Below, piece by piece: positions 40,673 through 48,372 of a stretch of DNA of 64,000 nucleotides. This DNA comes from an uncultured Candidatus Rokubacteria bacterium (GTDB lineage Bacteria; Methylomirabilota; Methylomirabilia; Rokubacteriales; CSP1-6): NCBI GenBank assembly GCA_963758635.1, contig CAVWWD010000008.1, positions 832,001-896,000 of the forward strand. The letters are read 5' to 3'. Numbering within the stretch: position 1 is the stretch's first letter; each line of letters opens with the position of its first letter. The notes beneath the pieces were generated by a model. The model searched no databases, was not told the DNA's origin, and saw nothing but the letters and a program-made list of their open reading frames with translations. The position numbers and the translations under genes are program-made.

Positions 40673-40915
40673 ATGGGCGCCCGGGAGAAGTCCATCGGCG
40701 ACCGTCTGTCGAACGGGCGGCTGCCCCGAACGAAGCCCGTGACATCGCGTGCGAGCTTCGGGAGCGGACTCCTCTGCGACGGCTGCACCGGCCCGATCCT
40801 GCCGCGGGAAGTCGAGCAGCAGCACGACGTGGGAGGCGGCGTGACGCTGCGATTCCACGCTACTTGCGCGGAGATGTGGGAGCGCATGATCGCGGCGCTT
40901 CCCGCTCCGGGCTGA
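40673..40915 (+). CDS. Small putative zinc-binding protein
   Basis: GAGGAG Shine-Dalgarno; GSGLLCDGC...LRFHATC..MW (CxxC...HxxC). Confidence 0.6.
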   Translation: MGAREKSIGDRLSNGRLPRTKPVTSRASFGSGLLCDGCTGPILPREVEQQHDVGGGVTLRFHATCAEMWERMIAALPAPG

Positions 40916-40988
40916 GTCGGACGAAACAGATCAACGAGACCGTGCCCCACTGATGTTGCCTGTCCTGCGAGGCCGGGTCGACGGCGCG

Positions 40989-41867
40989 CTACGCCGGCCC
41001 CACCAGCCCGATGTACGCGCCGCAGGCGTTCTCCGGCAGCACGAGGACGGCGTGCTCTCCCGTGTTCCTCACGCCCCGCGCGGGCGGGGGCATGCCGTGG
41101 TCCGTCATCCATCGCACCGCCGCGTCCATGCTGCTCGTCCGGTAGAGCACCTGGAACGGTCCCGGTCCGCGGCGGGCGAGCGCTTCCGCGGCGGGCCCTG
41201 GCTCGGCAGGCTGCGCGACGGTGAGCCCCGTGGGCCCGAGGTCGAACACCGCCATGTCCGCCTTGATGACGTTGCCGCGGTGCACCTCGGGCACCGGCAT
41301 GCCGAGCACGCGGCCGTACGCCTGGGCGGCCGCGGCCACGTCGGGCACGGCGATGTAGACGCGGTCGACGCGCTGGACCCCGTTTCCGTGGACGCCCGGC
41401 CGCGGGACCTGGCGCCGGCGCTCTGCGAGCGGGGTCAGATGCTGGACGAAGAAGATCGGTAGCGGGTTCGCGGGTCCGAGGCGAGCCGCCCGCCACGCGA
41501 GCTCCTGGCCCGCCGGGGTCGTGCGCCGGCCGTCCATCACGTCGCTCACGTCCACGCCGCGCCGGCGCATCGCCGCCACGTCGGCGGCGAGGTCGTCGCT
41601 CTGCACGGCCACGTACCGGAAGCCGTCGCCGCGCTCCAGGAACGCGAGCAGCCCGGCCTCGGGCCCGGGGTCGGCCGCGGTGGCGGCGGGGTCACGGAGG
41701 GCGAGCAGCTCCAGGTAGTCGGCCTCGTTGAAGGCGATGGCGTTCTTCGTGCCGCGGCCGGGATGGACGCCGCCGGCGTGCACGTCGAAGCCGATGCACG
41801 TGTACGTCTCGACGGCGCGGTCGAGGTCCCGGACGCAGATCATCACGTGGTCGATGCGAGTCAGCAT
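40989..41867 (-). CDS. VOC/glyoxalase-like protein (two domains)
   Basis: MLTRIDHVMICVRDLD, GGVHPGRGTKNA, YLELL, PIFFVQ. Confidence 0.85.
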   Translation of the reverse strand: MLTRIDHVMICVRDLDRAVETYTCIGFDVHAGGVHPGRGTKNAIAFNEADYLELLALRDPAATAADPGPEAGLLAFLERGDGFRYVAVQSDDLAADVAAMRRRGVDVSDVMDGRRTTPAGQELAWRAARLGPANPLPIFFVQHLTPLAERRRQVPRPGVHGNGVQRVDRVYIAVPDVAAAAQAYGRVLGMPVPEVHRGNVIKADMAVFDLGPTGLTVAQPAEPGPAAEALARRGPGPFQVLYRTSSMDAAVRWMTDHGMPPPARGVRNTGEHAVLVLPENACGAYIGLVGPA

Positions 41868-41938
41868 GGAGCGCCTCCTGACGATCCGCGCGCGCGTCGC
41901 GCCCGGACCGACCAAAGATACCAGCACCCGCGCGCCGG

Positions 41939-41967
41939 TTGACACACCCTTCGCGCCTCTCTAGTCT
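41939..41967 (+). promoter_or_regulatory. sigma70 promoter
   Basis: TTGACA-N17-TAGTCT, 6 nt before ATG 41974. Confidence 0.6.
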
Positions 41968-41997
41968 CACGTCATGACGCACATGGAGGAGCATCCG

Positions 41998-42804
41998 ATG
42001 ACGACAGCGCGACTCGCCCTTCACACGTGGACGCTCGACACGACACCGCTGCCCGAGGCGCTCGGCGTGATCCGGCGGACGGGCTGGGACGCGGTGGAGC
42101 TGCGCCGGCTCGACTTCCAGCGCGCCGCGGAGTCCGGCGAGACGGCCGACCGCGTGATCGAGCGCGTGAAGGCCAGTGGCCTGCCCGTGGCGTGCGTCGG
42201 CGTCGAGCTCGGCTGGATGTGGGCGGAGGGTCCCGAGCGGGCGCGGCTCCTCACGGTGTTCCGCGAGCAGTGCCAGCGGGCGCGGGCGCTGGGCTGCGCC
42301 ACGATCATGAGCCCGGCCGACAAGGGCACGGGCGACCTCGCGGCGGCGGCGGCCAGCGTGCGCGAGGTGGGCGACATCGCGGCCGAGCACGGCGTGACAC
42401 TCGCGGTGGAGTTCAACTCGCAGGCCGACCAGCTCAACACGCTGGCGCGGATCCGCGAGCTGATGCAGCGCGCCGGCCATCCGCGGACCGGGCTGCTGCT
42501 GGACACGTATCACCTGGGCCGGTCGGGCGCCTCGCCGCGCGACGTGGAGGACGTGCGGCCGGAGGAGATCGCCTACGTCCAGTTCAGCGACGTGCCGCGG
42601 ACCGGGCTCGAGCCCGGCAAGGCGCTGGATCGTCTGCCTCCCGGGCAGGGAAGCGTGCCCTTCCGCGAGTTCTTCGCGGTGATCGCGGCCAAGGGCTACG
42701 CCGGCTTCATGAGCTACGAGGCCCCGAACCCCGCGGCGTGGAAGCGGCCGGCGGACGACGTGGCGCGCGAGGCACTCCAGGCGACGCGCGCCGTCCTGCC
42801 CTGA
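41998..42804 (+). CDS. Sugar phosphate isomerase/epimerase (xylose isomerase-like TIM barrel)
   Basis: GWDAVEL, LAVEF, LLLDTYH, VQFSD, RLPPGQG, GYAGFMSYE. GGAGGAG before ATG 41998; alternative start at 41974. Confidence 0.88.
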   Translation: MTTARLALHTWTLDTTPLPEALGVIRRTGWDAVELRRLDFQRAAESGETADRVIERVKASGLPVACVGVELGWMWAEGPERARLLTVFREQCQRARALGCATIMSPADKGTGDLAAAAASVREVGDIAAEHGVTLAVEFNSQADQLNTLARIRELMQRAGHPRTGLLLDTYHLGRSGASPRDVEDVRPEEIAYVQFSDVPRTGLEPGKALDRLPPGQGSVPFREFFAVIAAKGYAGFMSYEAPNPAAWKRPADDVAREALQATRAVLP

Positions 42805-42817
42805 CGCGGCCCCCGGC

Positions 42818-43679
42818 CTGAAGCCCGCCGACGCGCTGCTGGCCGTCCTCGTGGCGGCCATCTGGGGCATCGCGTTCGTCGCCACGCGGATCGGCCTCGA
42901 CAGCTTCTCGCCGCCCGTCCTCGCCGCGCTGCGCTTCGTGATCGCGTCGGCGGCCGCGGCGTTCCTGTCGCGTCCGCCCGTGCCCTGGCCGGCGCTCGTC
43001 GCGGTGGGCGCCACGCTGTTCGCGGGCCAGTTCCTCTTCCAGTTCTTCGGCATCGCGCTCGGGATGCCGCCGGGGCTCGCCGCGGTGGTCGTGCAGACGC
43101 AGGCCCTCTTCACGATCCTCCTCGCCGCCGTGGCGCTCGCGGAGCGGCCGACCCCCCGTCAGATCGCGGGCATCGCGGTGGCGTTCGCGGGGCTCGCCGC
43201 GATCGCGGCCACGGTGGGAGGCGACCTCACGCCGGTGGCGACTCGCGCTGACGACGCTCTCCGCGGTGAGCTGGGCCGTCGGCAACATCCTGCTCAAGCG
43301 CCTGCCCCGCGTGGAGCTGCCGAACCTGATCGCGTGGCTGAGCCTGGTGCCGCCGCTGCCGTGCCTCGCGCTCGCGATCGCCCTCGACGGCCCCGGGGAC
43401 CCCATCGCGCCGCTGGCGCGCGCGTCGTGGGCGGGCGTGGCCGCGGCCGTCTACCTGGGCCTCGTCGCCACCGCGCTCGCCTACGCGATCTGGGCCCACC
43501 TGCTGCGCCGCTACCCGGCCGCCGTCGTCGCTCCGTTCGCGCTGCTCGCCCCCTTCGTGGCCGCCGCCGCCTCGTCCCTCGTCTTCGGTGAGCGCTTCAC
43601 CCCCCTCCGCCTCGCCGGCATGGCCCTGGTCCTGGCCGGCCTCGCCATCATCCTCGCCCCGCGCAACGCGAGGGTCTGA
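42818..43679 (+). CDS. EamA/DMT family transporter; 1 frameshift near 43245
   Basis: KPADALLAVLVAAIWGIAF, GMPPGLAAVVVQTQALFT, LLRRYPAAVVAPFALL; apparent start is CTG at 42818. Confidence 0.85.
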
Positions 43680-43740
43680 CCCCCGCGCAACGCAGCGACG
43701 CAACGCGGCGCAACGCCGGGGTCAGACCCTCGCGCAACGG
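43657..43740. repeat. REPIN-like element: inverted REP pair with CGCAAC microrepeats
   Basis: CGCGAGGGTCTGACCCC...GGGGTCAGACCCTCGCG perfect 17-bp inverted repeat; several CGCAACG copies. Confidence 0.82.
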
Positions 43741-43762
43741 CCTGCGCGGCCGGGGTCGGAGG

Positions 43763-44572
43763 TCAGGAGGCGAGGGCGGCGAGGGTGTCGCGGGCGGAGA
43801 GCTTGTCGTCGTTGCCGCCGAAGGCCATCGTGTAGTGGCGGCGATAGCCGGCGGACTCGAGGCGGCGGAACATCGCGCGGAAGTCGATGGTGCCCTCGCC
43901 GGGCCGCAGGTGGATCTCGTACTCGCCGGTGTTGTCGGCCAGGCGCACCTCGCCGATCCGCGCGACGCCGAACGCGTCGATGAAGCCGTCGATGCCTTCG
44001 GGCACCAGGTGCGCGTGGTTCACCGTGAACGCCCAGCCGAGCGCCGGCGAGGTGATCGCGTCGAGGTAGTAGCGGCACTCCTCGACCGTGTGCCCGAGGT
44101 AGCGCACCTCGGCGTGCTCCGGCTCCCGGTTGAGGTTCTCCAGCACCAGGTACGCGCCGGCGCGCTCGGCGTGGGCGGTGAGGCGGCGCAGCCGCTCGAG
44201 CGACGCGGCCTTCCGGGCGGCCAGCGCGCTGCTGAAGTGATACCCCGCGTGCACCACCACCCACTCGCAGCCGAGCCGGACCGCGAGATCCACGTTGGCG
44301 CGCAGATACTCGTCCACGGCCTCCGACACGCGCGGGGAGACCTCCGCCACGTTCACGGCCGAGCTGGTGTGCAGGCCCAGGTGGATGCCGCCGCGCTCGC
44401 ACGCCGCGCGAAGAGCGGACACGCGCGCGGCGTCCCAGGCGTCGAGGTGGTTCGCGCCGCCGTCGGCGTTGAAGTCGACGTGATGGAAGCCGTGGCGGGC
44501 CGCCCAGGCGAGGGCGTCCTCGAGCGGGGTGGCGCCGGCGTCGAAGCCGATGCGCTCGCGGAGCGAGGTCAC
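43763..44572 (-). CDS. Sugar phosphate isomerase/epimerase-like TIM-barrel protein
   Basis: GTG start overlapping the Rieske stop; LGLHT, VVVHAG, LVLENL, RLADN, HLRPGEGTIDF. Confidence 0.82.
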   Translation of the reverse strand: MTSLRERIGFDAGATPLEDALAWAARHGFHHVDFNADGGANHLDAWDAARVSALRAACERGGIHLGLHTSSAVNVAEVSPRVSEAVDEYLRANVDLAVRLGCEWVVVHAGYHFSSALAARKAASLERLRRLTAHAERAGAYLVLENLNREPEHAEVRYLGHTVEECRYYLDAITSPALGWAFTVNHAHLVPEGIDGFIDAFGVARIGEVRLADNTGEYEIHLRPGEGTIDFRAMFRRLESAGYRRHYTMAFGGNDDKLSARDTLAALAS

Positions 44573-45881
44573 GCGCCGGGCGCCGGGTCCGCGATCAGGA
44601 GCTCTCTCGCGCCTTCCACCCAGGACACGTCCTTGGGCAGGAGCACCGAGGCCGGGCGCACGCGCTGGCTCGCGGGGTCGAGCCCGGGCGGCAGCACCCC
44701 CTGGGACCGGAGCGCGTTCGCGGCGTCGGCCAGGCGCTTCCTGACCCGGATGATCCCGATGTCCGCCCGCCCCAGCCGCTCCAGCGAGCGGTCGTAGGCG
44801 CCCTGGCTCTCCGTGATCGCCTTGTCCTGGCCGCCGACGCCGGGCACGCCGAAGAACTTCCGCGTCCGCTGCGCCTCCCAGTCGGCGTGGTAGTCGTTGG
44901 TGCGCGTGCCCACGGGCCGGATGTTGCCGTACGGCTCGTTCGTCTCCGGCGCGTAGTCCATCACGTGGATGCTCTTGCCGGCGCGGAACGACTCGATCTC
45001 GGCCGGCGGTGATGGCACGGCGCGGATTCCAGGAGACGCACCAGTTGACGAGCTGGTGGTCGTCCATCGGGACCCACACGTGCGTGTGCAGCATCGGGTC
45101 CGCGCCGACCTCGGCGGGCGGCATGGTGTGGAACGGCACCAGGAACTGGGTGATGCGCCAGTAGTACCGGCCCGCGGGCGCGTCGCGACGGGCGCCGATG
45201 AGGAGACCGACGTCGGTGTCCGCGACCTCGAGGTGCGGCGCGCGCTCGAGCGCCGCGGTGTAGCCGAAGCCCGCGGCCGCCCGCTCGAGGTCCCCGCGCA
45301 ATGCGTCGTCCCGCGCGTCGAGGATGCCGTGCAGGAAGCTGATGTGCGCGGGGTCGACGCCGCCTTCCAGGGCCTGGAGGTAGTTGCAGTCCTGCCAGAA
45401 GCGCGACACGAAGCGCTGGCTCATCCGGCACCAGGGCCCACTCCAGGTCGGGCAGGCCGGGCGCGGGCGCCGGTCCCATGTACGTCCACACCACGCCGCC
45501 ACGCTCGGCGCACGGATAGGACGTGTGGCGGACCTTGTCCTGGAAGTCGAACTCCGGCCGCTCGTTGGGCATGTCGATGCAGTGCCCGCCGAGCTCGAAC
45601 TGCCAGCCGTGATACACGCAGCGGAGCCCCAGCTCCTCGTTCCGTCCGAAGTAGAGCGAGGCCCGGCGGTGGGGGCAGAACTCGCCCATGAGCCCGGGCC
45701 GCCCGCTCGGCGCGCGGAACGCCACGAGGTCCTCGCCGAGCAGCTTGACGCGACGGACCCGCCCGCCCGCCTCGAGCTCGGCGGACGGCACCACGGGGAT
45801 CCAGTACCGGCGCATGAGATCGCCGATCGGCGTGCCGGCTCCCACGCGGGTGAGGAACGCGCTCTCCTCGGCGGTCAGCAT
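44569..45881 (-). CDS. Rieske non-heme iron oxygenase alpha subunit (phthalate 4,5-dioxygenase/LigX-like); 2 frameshifts
   Basis: LTRVGAGTPIGDLMRRYW, CPHRRASL...CVYHGW, EGGVDPAHISFLH, QDKAITESQG. Confidence 0.9.
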
Positions 45882-45891
45882 GGACGGCGCC

Positions 45892-47112
45892 TCAGCGCCG
45901 CGCGCCCTGGGCGCGAGCGGCGTGGGCGCGGGCCGCCGCCTCGGCCTTGGCGAAGTGCGCCTCGCCGAAGGCGTAGAGGTGCGCGCCGCCCATGAAGATC
46001 TGCGCCGCGATCTCCCGCGGCACGTTCTTCAGGAGGTTCTCCGACACGTGCGGGAAGTTGGAGTCGAAGTGCGGGTAGTCGGTGGAGATGCACATCCGGT
46101 CGGCGCCGATGAGCCCGGCGGTCGCCTCGATCTCCGGCTCGCTGCCCTCGACGGCGGCCCAGCAGTTGCGCCGGAAGTACTCGCGCGGCGTCATCGAGAG
46201 GTACGGCGCGTGGGAGTCCTTGTACTGCGGGTAGTCCCACTCGATCCGCGAGAGCAGGCCCGGCGCCCAGGAGTTCTGCGCCTCGAGGAAGCCCACGCGG
46301 AGCTTCGGGTGGAACTCGAACACGCCGCCGATGATCATGGCGATGAGCGCCTGCTGCATCTCGATCCAGTGGCTGGCCACGTGGCGGTAGAACCGGTTCT
46401 CGCCGTAGAGGTCGTTCATGCGCGAGTACCAGGCGCCCGTCCCCTCGTGGAAGCCCCACGTCACGTCGAGCTCCTCGTGCAGCGTGTAGAGCGGGTCCCA
46501 GTAGTTGGAGTGCCAGAAGTGCCCGTTCACCAGGTTCGGCCGGATGAACGAGCCCACCGCGCCGAGCTCGCGCACGCAGCGCAGGAGCTCGCGGCAGGCG
46601 AGGTGCACGTCGTGCACGGGCAGCATGGCCACGAACTTGAGCTGATCGGGGCTCCACTGGCAGAACTCGTGGATCCAGTTGTTGTAGGCCTGGCAGAGCC
46701 CGAGCGAGAGCTGCGGGTCGAGCCCGTCGCGCGCGATGAGGGAGAGCCCGGTGGTCGGGTAGAGGACGGCGATGTCCACGCCCTCGATCTCCATGCCCAT
46801 CACCTGCGCCTCGGCGTTGTACTCGCGCTTGATCGCGAAGTCGAGGCGGCCGGTGTCGGCCAGGCGCGAGCCCGACAGCGGCTGGGTGCTGTGGGTGGTC
46901 CCGGGCCGGCTGCGCTTCCGGTACTGCTGCATCTCGGCGTCCTGCGTGGTGGGCAGCCCGTCGATCACGATGGTGCCGCGCTTCGCCCGGCCGTCGGCGC
47001 CGATGGGCAGGAGCACGCGGTCCTTGAACTTCGGGTCCAGGTAGCGCGCGAAGAGATCCGGCGGCTCCATGATGTGCATGTCGCAGTCGACGAAGCGGAG
47101 GCCGTCCTTCAT
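45892..47112 (-). CDS. Amidohydrolase family 2 protein
   Basis: VDCDMHIMEP, AYNNWIHEFC, GGVFEFHPKL, STDYPHFD. Confidence 0.9.
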   Translation of the reverse strand: MKDGLRFVDCDMHIMEPPDLFARYLDPKFKDRVLLPIGADGRAKRGTIVIDGLPTTQDAEMQQYRKRSRPGTTHSTQPLSGSRLADTGRLDFAIKREYNAEAQVMGMEIEGVDIAVLYPTTGLSLIARDGLDPQLSLGLCQAYNNWIHEFCQWSPDQLKFVAMLPVHDVHLACRELLRCVRELGAVGSFIRPNLVNGHFWHSNYWDPLYTLHEELDVTWGFHEGTGAWYSRMNDLYGENRFYRHVASHWIEMQQALIAMIIGGVFEFHPKLRVGFLEAQNSWAPGLLSRIEWDYPQYKDSHAPYLSMTPREYFRRNCWAAVEGSEPEIEATAGLIGADRMCISTDYPHFDSNFPHVSENLLKNVPREIAAQIFMGGAHLYAFGEAHFAKAEAAARAHAARAQGARR

Positions 47113-47230
47113 GGTCGGTCACCTCGAAGTGAAGGGTGCGGCGGCCCAGGGCGCCCGCCCGGTGGGGTCAAGGTAGCCGGGCCGCGCAAGGGACGTCAAG
47201 CGAATCAAATGAGGTAGTGTCGGAGCCGGC

Positions 47231-48364
47231 ATGAAGCGGAGCCTCGATCGCATCCTGACCACCCACGCGGGCAGCCTGCCCCGCCCGGACGACCTCCTGG
47301 AGATGACGCGCGGCGATGCCGCCCACGCGGCGCGCGTGCGGGCCGCCGTGGCCGACGTGGTGCGCGCCCAGGCCGAGCACGGCATCGACGTGGTGGACGA
47401 CGGCGAGATGAGCAAGCCGAGCTTCGTGACGTACGTCACCGAGCGCCTGGCCGGGTTCGAGCCCGTTCCCGAGGCCGGCGGGCTGCCGTGGGCGGGCTCC
47501 AAGGAGGTGCGCGCCTTCCCCGAGTTCTACGCGTCCACGGTGGGGGCGAGCCCGAACGCGGCGGCGAGCCGCTGGGCGTGCACGGGCCCCGTCCGCTACG
47601 TGGGCCGCGACCTGGTGGCCGCCGACGTGGCGAACCTTCGCGCCGCGCTGGCTGGCGCGCGCGTGGAAGAGGCGTTCCTCCCCGCCATCTCGCCGTCGAA
47701 CGTCGAGGGCCGCTACCCGAACCGCTTCTACCGCACCGACGAGGAGTACCTGCTGGCGATCGCCGAGGCGATGGCCCACGAGTACCGCGCGATCGTGGAC
47801 GCCGGCTTCCTGCTCCAAGATCGACGACCCGCGGCTGGTCACGTACTACATCATGGACCCCGCCTCGACGGTGGCGGAGGCGCGCGCGTGGGCCGAGGTC
47901 CGCGTGGAGGCGCTCAACCACGCCCTCCGCGGCATCCCGCGCGACCGCGTGCGCTTCCACACCTGCTACAGCATCAACATGGGCCCGCGGGTCCACGACA
48001 TGGAGCTCCGCGACATCGTCGACGTGCTGCTGCGCGTGAACGCGGGCGCGTACTCGTTCGAGGCCGCGAACCCGCGCCACGAGCACGAGTGGCAAGTGTG
48101 GCGAGACGTGACGCTGCCCGAGGACGCCGTGCTCATCCCCGGCGTGATCACCCAGTCCACCGTGCTCGTCGAGCACCCGGACCTGGTGGCCCAGCGGATC
48201 GAGCGCTTCGCATCGGTCGTGGGTCGGGAGCGTGTGATTGCCGGCGCGGACTGCGGCTTCGCCACCTTCGCGGGCTCGAAGGAGATCCACCCGCAGGTGG
48301 CGTGGGCCAAGCTCGCCGCGCTGGTGGAAGGCGCCGGACGCGCCGCCGCCGGCTCTGGGCCTGA
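47231..48364 (+). CDS. Cobalamin-independent methionine synthase II family protein (catalytic domain only); 1 frameshift near 47818
   Basis: TTHAGSLPRP, DGE, QIDDP, Zn ligands HTCY / FE / DCGF, WAKLAAL. Confidence 0.88.
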   Translation: MKRSLDRILTTHAGSLPRPDDLLEMTRGDAAHAARVRAAVADVVRAQAEHGIDVVDDGEMSKPSFVTYVTERLAGFEPVPEAGGLPWAGSKEVRAFPEFYASTVGASPNAAASRWACTGPVRYVGRDLVAADVANLRAALAGARVEEAFLPAISPSNVEGRYPNRFYRTDEEYLLAIAEAMAHEYRAIVDAGFLLQDRRPAAGHVLHHGPRLDGGGGARVGRGPRGGAQPRPPRHPARPRALPHLLQHQHGPAGPRHGAPRHRRRAAARERGRVLVRGREPAPRARVASVARRDAARGRRAHPRRDHPVHRARRAPGPGGPADRALRIGRGSGACDCRRGLRLRHLRGLEGDPPAGGVGQARRAGGRRRTRRRRLWA

Positions 48365-48372
48365 GCGCACTT

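Noticed and set aside
43763..45502. Apparent Rieske-TIM barrel fusion
   Set aside because: Frameshift artefact. The Rieske C-terminus lies in ORF 44569..45018 and its stop overlaps the next GTG.
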